Shown here: piece by piece, positions 47,552 to 57,282 of the stretch
Layout: every line of letters starts with the position of its first letter
Numbering within the stretch: position 1 is the stretch's first letter
Assembly (NCBI GenBank): GCA_017520825.1
Contig: JAFXEX010000005.1
Span: 15,431-79,430, forward strand
Source: Clostridia bacterium
GTDB lineage: Bacteria > Bacillota > Clostridia > Oscillospirales > SIG627
Direction of reading: 5' to 3'
Length of the DNA: 64,000 nt
Translations under genes and position numbers: made by a program
Notes under the pieces: model-generated
Told to the model about the DNA's origin: nothing
What the model saw: only the letters and a program-made list of their open reading frames with translations
The model's database searches: none

Positions 47552-49333
47552 TTACTTTATAATCGTCTTTTCAAGCTCTTGTCTGTCGGGGGTAACGTAC
47601 GCCGTCCAATAGGTCGTATAGGTCACAAAGCCCGGCTTTGCAGAGGACGGCTTTTTTACATGCTTGATAAGTGTATAATCGACGGCAACGTTGTCGCCCT
47701 CAGCAGAAGAATACATTGCAGCAAGGCTTGCAGCAAAGGTGAAATCCTCGGCAGGTGGTTCTTCTCCGTTAGTCTTTAATATAACGTGGCTTCCTGCAAG
47801 ATTTTTCACGTGGAACCACCAATCCGTTTTTTCGGCAAATTTTGTAGTGAGCCAATCGTTTTGCAGATTATTTTTACCTATATAAACTTCAAGTCCCGAC
47901 GGTGATACGGCACGCAAAGGCTTGACCTTTTTCTTTTTATCTGCCGTTTTCAGCTTTTTACGGTCACGCTTGGCGTAGCCCCACATTGAAAGCTCCTCAC
48001 GAAGCTCGTCAAGGTCGGCTTCAGTTTCTGCACGGGACAGACTATCCAAAATTGCGTCGACGTATTTCAGCTCTCCCTTTGCTTCCTCGATCTGCTTGGT
48101 AAGCTCTCCCCTTGCATTTTTCTTTCGGTTGTACTTTTTATAATAGCGCTGAGCGTTTTGCGAGGGTGATAAACGCTCGTCAAGCTCTACAGTAACCTCA
48201 GGATAGCCTTCCTCGGAATAATCTATGGCCTTTACCTGTCGGTCTCCCCTCTTTATCCGATACATTTCCTGTGAAATAAGGTCACCACATTTACGGCAGT
48301 ATTCCATTGTATCGGTATCCACGAGCTCAGCTTCCTGCGTTTCAATTTTTTTGAGCAATCTGTTCTGACTTTTAAGAAGCAAATGGAATATATCCTGTGA
48401 GCGTTGCTTCATTCGTTCTGCCTTATCCCTCTTGGTAAAGAATGCATCGATAAGGTCGGATACACTGTCAACGGGCTTGACCACTGCTTTGTTTTCGTAC
48501 TGTCTGATATCGATAAAGGAATACTCAAAGGGAACGTCTGGGGTCTCGGCACGGCAAATGAGACAAGGGTACACTTGGTTTGAGGTCAGGTCAGAATAGA
48601 AGGATGAGAAGTGATACCATAATTTGTCTGTATCCACCCTCTCCAGCAAAGCCGAAGAGTCTCCACATGCACGGTAAACTGCCTCTCTTGAAACAAGGGG
48701 AGCAACTCCCAAAAAGCAAGAGGTTAAAGCACGCTCAGCAGACTGTGTTCCGTCAAGGCTTGAAAGCGCCTGAACAAACACTTCTTTCGTCAAGGTGGTA
48801 GGGTCTGTCTTATCCTGAGCAGGTGGAAGCTCGTACTTCATACCTGCAAGTATTGGTCTTTTAGTAGAATCGGACAGGTCTGAGGTACGGATAGCGCCCA
48901 AAATTTTTCTGTCTCCGTCACAAAAGATAATGTTACTGTGCTTACCCATTATCTCGGCTATGAGATATTTCTTTGATATATAGCCCATTTCATCCTTAAA
49001 GTCAAACTCCAGCTCTGCCACTCTCTCGAAGTCAAGCTGTCTCACGTGGGCAAGGCGTGACGATGCCAGATGCTTTCTGAGAAGCATACAAAAGGACGGA
49101 GGAGTATTGGGGTTTTCCTTGGGGGTTGAGCTAAGGTGTAGTCTGGGAGTGCCTGCGCTTGCCGATATAACAAGGCGCATATTCTCTCTGCCTACGTGAA
49201 GAAGCAGATGTATTTCATCACGCTCGGGCATAGTTATCTTATCTATTCTCGCACCACCCCAGCCGTTTTCTTCACCTAATTTTTCGTCAAGTTCGTGGGT
49301 AATGGCATAAACCATTCCTGCATCAAAAGCCAT
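47552..49333 (-). CDS. rqcH: NFACT/RqcH (FbpA-like) ribosome quality control protein
   Basis: MAFDAG, FCMLLRKHL, EIMGKHSNII, NAQRYYKKY, IGKNNLQND, GSHVI. Confidence 0.93.
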   Translation of the reverse strand: MAFDAGMVYAITHELDEKLGEENGWGGARIDKITMPERDEIHLLLHVGRENMRLVISASAGTPRLHLSSTPKENPNTPPSFCMLLRKHLASSRLAHVRQLDFERVAELEFDFKDEMGYISKKYLIAEIMGKHSNIIFCDGDRKILGAIRTSDLSDSTKRPILAGMKYELPPAQDKTDPTTLTKEVFVQALSSLDGTQSAERALTSCFLGVAPLVSREAVYRACGDSSALLERVDTDKLWYHFSSFYSDLTSNQVYPCLICRAETPDVPFEYSFIDIRQYENKAVVKPVDSVSDLIDAFFTKRDKAERMKQRSQDIFHLLLKSQNRLLKKIETQEAELVDTDTMEYCRKCGDLISQEMYRIKRGDRQVKAIDYSEEGYPEVTVELDERLSPSQNAQRYYKKYNRKKNARGELTKQIEEAKGELKYVDAILDSLSRAETEADLDELREELSMWGYAKRDRKKLKTADKKKKVKPLRAVSPSGLEVYIGKNNLQNDWLTTKFAEKTDWWFHVKNLAGSHVILKTNGEEPPAEDFTFAASLAAMYSSAEGDNVAVDYTLIKHVKKPSSAKPGFVTYTTYWTAYVTPDRQELEKTIIK

Positions 49334-49345
49334 AATTTAATTCCT

Positions 49346-50116
49346 TTATATAAGAGGTACTATTTTTCCGGGATTTTCTCCGTAAAAGCGATGTGTCTTA
49401 ATGCCGAAGCTTTCTTCTATAAGATTTGCAAAGGCATCAACGGCTATAACCTCGGTTGCGTAATGACCTGCATCCACCATCGTTATTCCGTAGGGGATTT
49501 CGTCGTTGGCAACGCTATAAGAGATATCCCCTGTAACCATTGCGTCAGCACCAAGAGTGTGGGCAAGGTGTATAAAGTCCTTCCCTCCACCACCAAGCAC
49601 TGCAACCTTTTTTATTGCTCTGTTACCCTCGAATAAGGTAACGGGCGTATTAAGCATCACGGAAATCTGAGAAGCAAATTCTGCAGGGGAGCATTCCTGC
49701 CAATCACCTATTCTTCCCATAGGAATTTCTCCTTCAAAGCCGAATGCTCTGAAGTTTTCAATGCCAAGCTTTTCGGCAAGCAGGTCGTTCATTCCACCCT
49801 GGGCACTATCAAAACGGGTATGGTACGAAAGCACGGATATATCGGCTTTTATAAGTCTTTCAAGTCTTTTTGAAAGCGCTGAGCCGTCAAGTCTTTTCAG
49901 TGGCTTGAATATCAAAGGATGATGACTGACAATAAGGTTTGCGCCAACCTTAATAGCCTCATCTACCGACTTGTCGGTAACGTCAAGAGTAGCAAGAATT
50001 GAAGTCACCTCTCTTGACGGATCAAGGCAAAGCATCTCTCCGTCGTTGTCCCATTCCTCACTGAGTGAGGAGGGGAAGCGAGAGTTAAGTAAATCCCTTA
50101 TTTCATATATTTTCAT
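49346..50116 (-). CDS. Nif3-like dinuclear metal centre protein
   Basis: WDNDG, HHPLIF, YHTRFD, TGD, DAGHYATE. Confidence 0.93.
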   Translation of the reverse strand: MKIYEIRDLLNSRFPSSLSEEWDNDGEMLCLDPSREVTSILATLDVTDKSVDEAIKVGANLIVSHHPLIFKPLKRLDGSALSKRLERLIKADISVLSYHTRFDSAQGGMNDLLAEKLGIENFRAFGFEGEIPMGRIGDWQECSPAEFASQISVMLNTPVTLFEGNRAIKKVAVLGGGGKDFIHLAHTLGADAMVTGDISYSVANDEIPYGITMVDAGHYATEVIAVDAFANLIEESFGIKTHRFYGENPGKIVPLI

Positions 50117-50807
50117 TGAGTTTTCTCCTTAATTCCTGTAATTGACGGCGTAGATTGCTCTCCTCACCCGTATCCTCCCCTGCCTCACGCTTTCCGTATA
50201 TACGGTTGTCAAGGTCGTGGATTATCAAGGATAAAAGGTCGCAGAAAAGTCGGACGTTTCCGTCTGCCACTGCGTCCTCTACCCTTCCTGTCAGGGCTTC
50301 AATCGGAGACAGCTCTCTTTTTTTACCGTCCCAATAAACCGACATTACAGTATATATTTTCCCGTCCTCTTTTACAAGGCTTTCCTTGTGGATATAAAAG
50401 CCGTCGTTGAGCAGTGCCGTTCTGACGTATGGCACCTTGGTCATAGGCTGAAGCACCATATGTATGCTTTCATTTTTCAAAAAGGGAGCTTGGGAAATAA
50501 TTCTGTAAATAAGCTCTCCACCCATACCTGCTATAATAAACTCGTCGGCAAGTGAATCAAAATATGCCGCTCCGTCTGTGAGAACGGTTTCTATTTTATC
50601 CTCAAGTCCTGCTTCTGAAATATTTTCCTTTGCTCTTTCAAGAGGTCCTTTGCCTACGTCGGATGCATAGGCATGGTCACATTTGCCCTCTTTTACAAGG
50701 GCAATGGGAAGATAGGCGTGGTCCGTACCTATATCTGCTACGGTTCTGCCTTCTCTTACAAGCGCAAAGGCGGCAGTAAGCCGCCTTGTGAGTTTTGTTT
50801 TTTTCAT
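50103..50807 (-). CDS. trmK: tRNA (adenine22-N1)-methyltransferase
   Basis: ADIGTDHAYLP, GPL, IAGMGGELI, LQPM. Confidence 0.93.
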   Translation of the reverse strand: MKKTKLTRRLTAAFALVREGRTVADIGTDHAYLPIALVKEGKCDHAYASDVGKGPLERAKENISEAGLEDKIETVLTDGAAYFDSLADEFIIAGMGGELIYRIISQAPFLKNESIHMVLQPMTKVPYVRTALLNDGFYIHKESLVKEDGKIYTVMSVYWDGKKRELSPIEALTGRVEDAVADGNVRLFCDLLSLIIHDLDNRIYGKREAGEDTGEESNLRRQLQELRRKLNENI

Positions 50808-51010
50808 CACTTGGACGCAAGGAATTCGTTGATCTTATCAACGAGCTCATCTGCATCTGTGCCGTGAACCTCACACGCTTCCTCGATTGACTCGCCTCTT
50901 GCTGAGGGACAGCCAAGGCAATGCATTCCTATTTCAAGGAAGAATTTTCCTGTCTCTCTGTCATAATCAAGAATGTCTCCGATTATTGTTTTTCTTGTTA
51001 CACTTTCCAT
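50807..51010 (-). CDS. DUF1858 domain protein
   Basis: GMHCLGCPSARGESIEEACEVHG. Confidence 0.9.
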   Translation of the reverse strand: MESVTRKTIIGDILDYDRETGKFFLEIGMHCLGCPSARGESIEEACEVHGTDADELVDKINEFLASK

Positions 51011-51023
51011 GTTTTTTCTCCTT

Positions 51024-53636
51024 TTATGCTTTTATTTTTTCATTATTATTGAAAACGTATTTTTTGATTATTCTTATACCGATGCATATAAGCGACGGAA
51101 CAAGACCTATCAAAATTGAAAGCGCAAAGCTTTCGGGGGTTGGGGTATTTATGCCGATAAGTGAAGCTAATGGCTTTACAAAAGTAAAGAGCGCCATTAT
51201 TCCAAATGAGAAAAGAGATGCTAAATGAAGATGTCGGTTTTTGAAAACGCCTGCGTCAAAGCTATCGTCGGACGAAAGGGCGTATGCCATAAAGACAGCG
51301 CTTGACACCAGGGTTACGAAAGCCGAGCCGTTTATAAGTGATGACGAAATAAGATACGATACTTTTACCGAGAGTGTAATTACCACACCTGACACGAATC
51401 CACAAATTGCAGGAATAAGAATTAAATTCTGTGCGTTTATTTCCAGGTTTTGCGATCCAAAGGTGTCTCTCAGCTCGTTTCCACGCAATCCCTCTACGGC
51501 AAGAGCCAGGGAAAGAGGTATGGAAATCAAAATTGAATAGGTCATAATGATTCCCGAGGAAAACACGGGCTTCCCGAGAAACATCATTGAAATAACAAAG
51601 GAAAAGAAAAGCACAAACTGATAATTCAAAAGATATTGAAGGGTATGTCTGACGTTACGGTAAATAGAGCGTGCGTGCTTTATACATTCGGGTATAAGCT
51701 CAAAGCTACCGTCAACAAGCACGTCGGAATTCTGCCGTGTTGCCTCATCGTCGGAATCTGCCGAGCAGAAGGAAACGTCACCTTCAAGAAGCAAGGCAAG
51801 GTCCTCAATGCTTGTGGCAGTAACGGCTATTATATCTCCGTCTGATTTTCGCCAAGATGCTATCTCGGACATCTGACTTGGTGTGAGAGAAACGTAAACC
51901 TTGTAGTTTTTAATATCTGCACGGAAAACTCCCATATCAAGCTGAACAAGCTCCTTAGCTTCAATGACCTTATCGTCATCACGCAGAATGGACAGGCTTT
52001 TTGCAAAGCCCGTTGAGGTGGAAAGCCCTTCGGAGCTCATAAGAACCACGTCTATACCCGACTTCTGACAGACGCTTACTGCACGGGCAGAGTCTGCTTT
52101 AATCGAGGTATGAAGCCCTATGTAGCCCTTAAAGGAATATCCTCGGTTGTTGTCTATCTGATTGGTTCCCTCACGGTATTCTATTTTTTTAACGGCTATG
52201 GCAACAACGCCCTCGTTATCTCTGGCAATGGTGCGAGAAAGCTCGCGTACAGTTCTTCGCTGACGCTCGTCAAGAAGCTGGGTTTCGCCCTTATTCTCGA
52301 TATAAGAGCAGGTTTTCAAAACTATTGACGGACTGCCTATAGAAATTATAAAGAATTCTCCGTTTTTGAAAACTATTACACGGCTCATTCCATTTTCTTC
52401 GGTAAACGGTCTTTTTTCAAGAAGCAAATATTTGTCGTAGAGCTTTTGTCTGCTGATACCGATTTCCTCGGCACAGCTTACCAACGACCTTTCTACGCTG
52501 ACACCGTTGTAAATCATTCCACCGTCATCACTGACCGATGCAACGACGGCAAGTTCAAAAAGCTCTCGCACGTCCTCGTCCCCTGCTCCTCTGAACTTTT
52601 TGCGTTCATCGTTAACGTAGATTGTATTGGGCTTTGGTGACGATGCTCTGAAATAACGGCTGTTATCAACCATTATACAGCTTATGTCGCACATTCTGTC
52701 AAGAGAGGACATATCACGAATGGTACATCCCTTTTTATACAGTCTATTAGAGCCGACCGAAAGGGTAAGGTCAAAGAGGGTCAGCACTAAATCGGGAAGA
52801 GATGCCACTGCAAGAGTAGTAGAAAGGTAAAGTATACTGAAGGCGCTCTGTCCCTTCATTATTCCCAGTATAAACACAAAGAAGCACAACAGTATCCAGA
52901 CAAGTGATATTTGCTGTGATACAAAAGAGGATAACTCAAAAATTCTGGTTCGTCTGGCGTGCTTTGAGCGTGAAGTGAGCTTGTTCTTCTTATCGAATAC
53001 GTCCTTACCCGTGTTACACACAAGCACCTTTGCCCTTCCCGAAAGCACCACGCTTCCGGCAAAAAGGATACACTCGTAATAAGGTACTCCCTTCCCTCTC
53101 AAAACGTCGTCCTGAGTAAGCTTTAAGACGGGAGATGAATTACCCGTGAGCTGAATCTCTGATACTCTCAAGGTGCTTTGCCATATTACAAGAGCGTCAC
53201 AGGGTACAACGTCGCCCCTTTCAACCAGCATTACGTCACCGGGCACCAGCTCGGAATAATCTACTTCAAGCTCCTCGCCGTCTCTTATAACGGTTACTCT
53301 GGTAGACGAAACGTTAAGCTGCTTTGAAACCTTTGCAGAATATCTGATAGAAAAGAATTTAAACAGGACGTAAATCACGGCAAAAAGAAGAAGCGAAAAC
53401 CACGCCCTTCCACCACCCTCAAATCTTAGTGAAACAAGGGACAGAAAGACGAAAATCAATGGCATAACGTCCTTGAAAACACTTTTCATAACTGCTGAAA
53501 GGGACTTTGAGGAAGATACAGACGAGGGGGCAAACTCCTGCCTGTTCTTTTCCACGTCCTCGCTTTTCAGTCCTGCATCGGCATCAGTGCGCAACAGCTC
53601 ATAGAGTTTAGATGCATTTATTTCAAGCAAATTCAT
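51024..53636 (-). CDS. P-type (P2A/Ca-ATPase-like) homologue with degenerate catalytic motifs
   Basis: A-domain VIRDG...ELVPGD...GDVVPCD and 10-TM layout intact. DKTGT, TGES, KGA, TGD and GDGxND motifs are all substituted. Confidence 0.8.
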   Translation of the reverse strand: MNLLEINASKLYELLRTDADAGLKSEDVEKNRQEFAPSSVSSSKSLSAVMKSVFKDVMPLIFVFLSLVSLRFEGGGRAWFSLLLFAVIYVLFKFFSIRYSAKVSKQLNVSSTRVTVIRDGEELEVDYSELVPGDVMLVERGDVVPCDALVIWQSTLRVSEIQLTGNSSPVLKLTQDDVLRGKGVPYYECILFAGSVVLSGRAKVLVCNTGKDVFDKKNKLTSRSKHARRTRIFELSSFVSQQISLVWILLCFFVFILGIMKGQSAFSILYLSTTLAVASLPDLVLTLFDLTLSVGSNRLYKKGCTIRDMSSLDRMCDISCIMVDNSRYFRASSPKPNTIYVNDERKKFRGAGDEDVRELFELAVVASVSDDGGMIYNGVSVERSLVSCAEEIGISRQKLYDKYLLLEKRPFTEENGMSRVIVFKNGEFFIISIGSPSIVLKTCSYIENKGETQLLDERQRRTVRELSRTIARDNEGVVAIAVKKIEYREGTNQIDNNRGYSFKGYIGLHTSIKADSARAVSVCQKSGIDVVLMSSEGLSTSTGFAKSLSILRDDDKVIEAKELVQLDMGVFRADIKNYKVYVSLTPSQMSEIASWRKSDGDIIAVTATSIEDLALLLEGDVSFCSADSDDEATRQNSDVLVDGSFELIPECIKHARSIYRNVRHTLQYLLNYQFVLFFSFVISMMFLGKPVFSSGIIMTYSILISIPLSLALAVEGLRGNELRDTFGSQNLEINAQNLILIPAICGFVSGVVITLSVKVSYLISSSLINGSAFVTLVSSAVFMAYALSSDDSFDAGVFKNRHLHLASLFSFGIMALFTFVKPLASLIGINTPTPESFALSILIGLVPSLICIGIRIIKKYVFNNNEKIKA

Positions 53637-53638
53637 TT

Positions 53639-55945
53639 TTATTTACACACTACCTCAATATCGCCGTCTTTGACGCCGATGGTTACAGAGGAAATTCCTT
53701 CTTCGTATGATACTATCATTTTTTCTGCTATAGCGTCCTCAATGTGAGTCTGTATATAACGGCGCACGTTTCTGGCTCCGTATTTGTCGCTATAGGCTTC
53801 CTTGGCAATAAGCTTGGCAGATTCCTCAGACCATTCAAACGCTATCGCTTTGCGATCAAGAACGCTCTTGAGGTCTTTAAGCTGAATATCCACTATTCTC
53901 TCAATCTGCTCAATACCAAGTCGGTTAAAGGTGATTATTTCATCAACACGGTTCAGGAACTCGGGCCTTAAAAACTCGGTAAGAGCCTTTTCGGTTTTCT
54001 CCTCGTCTCTCATTGCCGTTGAGCCCGAAAAGCCCGAAACGTTGCTGACAGAGGAGGAGCCTGCGTTGGTAGTCATTATGAGAATCGTATTTTCAAAGTT
54101 CACCTGTTTTCCGTGAGCGTCGCTGATTACTCCGTCGTCAAGAATCTGAAGAAGAATGTTCATTACGTCGGGGTGCGCCTTTTCAATCTCGTCAAACAGA
54201 ATAACTGAATATGGCTTACGTCTTATCTTTTCGGTAAGCTGTCCGGCTTCATCATATCCAACGTATCCGGGAGGCGCTCCGATAATTCTGGCTACAGAAT
54301 GCTTTTCCATAAACTCTGACATATCAAGTCTGATAAGAGCCTCGGGTGAATCAAAGAGTTGTCTTGCAAGTATCTTTACAAGCTCGGTTTTTCCAACTCC
54401 CGTAGGTCCTGCAAAAATAAAGGATACGGGACGGCGTTTGTATGCAATTCCCACTCTTGAACGCTTGATGGCACGGCAAACTGCCTCTATTGCCTTATTC
54501 TGACCGATAATTCTCGATGAAAGATTTGCTTCAAGACCTTCAAGCTTTTTATAGTCGTTTTCGGCTATATCACTTGCAGGGACACCTGTCCACACCTCTA
54601 TAACCTTTGCCAAATCTTGCTCACGAAGCTTTATATCTGCGCATTTTAAGGTAAGCTCGTCAAGCTCGTTCTGTGCCTTTATTTCGGACACCTTAACGTC
54701 GGCAATGCGTGAATAAATATCGTCGGTGGGCTCGGTGAGGGCTTCAAGAGCCTCACGCTGATCCTTAAGCGACTTCATTTCGTTTTTAAGCTCTGCCATT
54801 CTGTTTATAATCGGGCTTTCAAGTGCCACACGGGCACACGCCTCGTCAAGCAGGTCTATTGCCTTGTCGGGCAAAAATCTGTCGGTAATATACCGTTCAG
54901 AAAGAACTACCGTTTTTTCCACAATATCTTCGGGAACTACTATTCCGTGGAAGCTTTCGTAATACTTTTTGATGCCCATTATAACGTCAACGGTATCCTT
55001 GATAGACGGCTCGTTTACCATTACGGGCTGAAAGCGTCTTTCAAGAGCTGAGTCCTTTTCGATATACTTTCTGTACTCCGAAAGGGTTGTTGCACCGATA
55101 AGCTGTATTTCGCCTCTTGACAGTGCAGGCTTGAGAATGTTTGCGGCGTTCATACCACCCTCGGTGTCACCGGTACCCACAATTGTGTGCACCTCGTCAA
55201 TAACGAGAATAATATTTCCAAGAGCCTTAACCTCTTCTATAAGTCCTCGGATACGGTTTTCAAACTGTCCTCTGAACTGTGTGCCTGCTACGAGGCAGGT
55301 CATATCCACGATGAAAACCTCTTTATCGCGAAGCTTATACGGCACCTTACCTGCTACTATACGCTGTGCGAGAGCCTCTGCCAGCGCCGTTTTACCCACA
55401 CCGGGCTCACCGATAAGGCAGGGGTTATTCTTCTGTCTTCGACAGAGAATCTGTATCATTCTTTCAAGCTCTTTATCTCTGCCTATGATATTGTCCAGCT
55501 TGCCGTCCCTTGCTCTTGCAGTAAGGTCGATACAGAACTGTCCTAAAAACTTTCTTTCTTTTTCAGCCTTTTTGTTTTTTCTGCCCTGTGCCTTTTCGCC
55601 GTTTGGGTTTTCCTTAGCTCTTTCGGGAAATCCCGAATTACCCATAAACAGACGTCTGAGGTCGAAGGCAGGAGCGCCCGTATTGTCAGCCCCATCGTCG
55701 CTTTGTATTAGTCCCGTGGGGTCGGAAATATCCATTCCCTCCATAATATCAGCCATTTCACCCGAAATGGATTCTATTTCGTCGTCACCTATACCCATTT
55801 TTTCAAAAACGTCGGTGACGGGCTTTATATTAAGCTCCTTTGCACATTTGAGACAAAGTCCCTCCTGCTTTTGCTCGTTACCTTCAATTTTTGTAATAAA
55901 CACAACTGCAGGACGCACCTTGCACCTTGAACACATTTGCCACAT
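53639..55945 (-). CDS. ATP-dependent Clp protease ATPase subunit (ClpC/ClpE-like, N-terminal Zn finger)
   Basis: CSRC...CLKC N-terminus, two AAA+ modules (GEPGVGKT, GPTGVGKT), DRFLPDKAIDL, GAPPGYVGY. Confidence 0.93.
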   Translation of the reverse strand: MWQMCSRCKVRPAVVFITKIEGNEQKQEGLCLKCAKELNIKPVTDVFEKMGIGDDEIESISGEMADIMEGMDISDPTGLIQSDDGADNTGAPAFDLRRLFMGNSGFPERAKENPNGEKAQGRKNKKAEKERKFLGQFCIDLTARARDGKLDNIIGRDKELERMIQILCRRQKNNPCLIGEPGVGKTALAEALAQRIVAGKVPYKLRDKEVFIVDMTCLVAGTQFRGQFENRIRGLIEEVKALGNIILVIDEVHTIVGTGDTEGGMNAANILKPALSRGEIQLIGATTLSEYRKYIEKDSALERRFQPVMVNEPSIKDTVDVIMGIKKYYESFHGIVVPEDIVEKTVVLSERYITDRFLPDKAIDLLDEACARVALESPIINRMAELKNEMKSLKDQREALEALTEPTDDIYSRIADVKVSEIKAQNELDELTLKCADIKLREQDLAKVIEVWTGVPASDIAENDYKKLEGLEANLSSRIIGQNKAIEAVCRAIKRSRVGIAYKRRPVSFIFAGPTGVGKTELVKILARQLFDSPEALIRLDMSEFMEKHSVARIIGAPPGYVGYDEAGQLTEKIRRKPYSVILFDEIEKAHPDVMNILLQILDDGVISDAHGKQVNFENTILIMTTNAGSSSVSNVSGFSGSTAMRDEEKTEKALTEFLRPEFLNRVDEIITFNRLGIEQIERIVDIQLKDLKSVLDRKAIAFEWSEESAKLIAKEAYSDKYGARNVRRYIQTHIEDAIAEKMIVSYEEGISSVTIGVKDGDIEVVCK

Positions 55946-55966
55946 ATATATAAACCTTTCTGAAAA

Positions 55967-56533
55967 TCACTTTACAACTTCCGATTTCATATCAGAATGC
56001 ATTATATTCTTTTTATAATTTACAACGTACATTGCCAGAGCAAACAGCATAAACAGAATAAGCATAACTCCCAAAACGAGTCTTAAGGAGTCTGACATAT
56101 TCTCAACAAGCACCAGCAAGGTAGCTATTATGTAGAAGGCAACAGTGCCTGCCTTTCCATACCAGCCTGCCTGCACGTATACCTTTTCTTTTTTTAGTGC
56201 GCAAAAAGCGCCGATAAGGAGAACGAACTCCTTGAAAACCAGAATTCCTACTATCCACCAGGGAACGAAACCACTCTGTCCCAAGCAGAGAAGCGCAGCT
56301 ATTTGCATACACTTATCTGCAAAAGGGTCAAGTATTTTTCCTATATTGGAAATCCAATTATAATGTCTTGCAAGGAAACCGTCAATAACGTCGGTAACGC
56401 CTGCAAGAAGAAATACTCCTACTGCCAGACCGTGCTGCTTTGATACCTGAAAAAGATATACGAAAACGGGCACGAGCAATATTCTGAACACCGACAGAAA
56501 ATTCGGTATATTTGATTTTTTTAATACGTTCAT
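55967..56533 (-). CDS. CDP-alcohol phosphatidyltransferase (PgsA-like)
   Basis: NIPNFLS, DVIDGFLAR...GKILDPFADK. Confidence 0.92.
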   Translation of the reverse strand: MNVLKKSNIPNFLSVFRILLVPVFVYLFQVSKQHGLAVGVFLLAGVTDVIDGFLARHYNWISNIGKILDPFADKCMQIAALLCLGQSGFVPWWIVGILVFKEFVLLIGAFCALKKEKVYVQAGWYGKAGTVAFYIIATLLVLVENMSDSLRLVLGVMLILFMLFALAMYVVNYKKNIMHSDMKSEVVK

Positions 56534-57267
56534 TATTTCACCCCTATTTTTACGAGGATATCTTCAATAAAGCCGGCAGGTGTTTTGTTTACCAGATATT
56601 TATAGATTATGGTTCCTTCTTCCAGAGCGCCCACCGTCAGATAATCACCGTCCAGCTTGATATACGGAACGAGAACCTTTACAATGGCTACGAATACGAA
56701 CAGGAAAATCAAGCCAAGCACTGCGCCGAGAAGTAAGCCGAGCAATCGGTTTGTAACGTTCAGTATGGGAAGCTTTGCGATTTTACCGATGATAAAGCCT
56801 ATAATCTGTATAATGAGAACGGTTATTGCAAAAATCACTGCAAAGGCTACGACGTTTGAAACGGTAACGCCAAGAGGCTTTGAAATATATTCAACCATAA
56901 GGTCGCCCGATTCTCCACCAAGCTCTGCATACTTTTCATTGATAGCGTCGAAGTTGAAGCCAAGCTTTTCAACGAAGCTGAAAAATTCGGAATGCTCTGC
57001 GTCAATCAACGGACCGATATCAAGGTTTGCACTTGTGTCAACGCCAAGCCAGGAGGCTACCTTTTTAACGGTCATATTTTCAAATACGTTTTTGAAAAAC
57101 TGCTGATATAGAAACGCTCCTACTCTTGAAGTGAAAACGGATGCCACTATAAGAGCGACAATATTTTTAAAGAAATGGACTACCATTCTGACGAAGCCGT
57201 TTTTAAAGCCCCATACGCAACATGCTACAACAATGGCAACCATTAATCCGTCAATCAAAAAATTCAT
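56533..57267 (-). CDS. CvpA family membrane protein
   Basis: D...GFKNGFV N-terminus; NRLLGLLLGAVLG. Confidence 0.85.
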   Translation of the reverse strand: MNFLIDGLMVAIVVACCVWGFKNGFVRMVVHFFKNIVALIVASVFTSRVGAFLYQQFFKNVFENMTVKKVASWLGVDTSANLDIGPLIDAEHSEFFSFVEKLGFNFDAINEKYAELGGESGDLMVEYISKPLGVTVSNVVAFAVIFAITVLIIQIIGFIIGKIAKLPILNVTNRLLGLLLGAVLGLIFLFVFVAIVKVLVPYIKLDGDYLTVGALEEGTIIYKYLVNKTPAGFIEDILVKIGVK

Positions 57268-57282
57268 ATAAACCTCCCAAAT

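Noticed and set aside
51024-53636. Calling the P-type ATPase homologue a pseudogene
   Set aside because: The reading frame is uninterrupted and full length, so it is reported as a candidate pseudoenzyme instead.
55131-56018. 295-aa plus-strand ORF
   Set aside because: Antisense to the Clp ATPase gene; such shadows are common opposite conserved chaperone genes.
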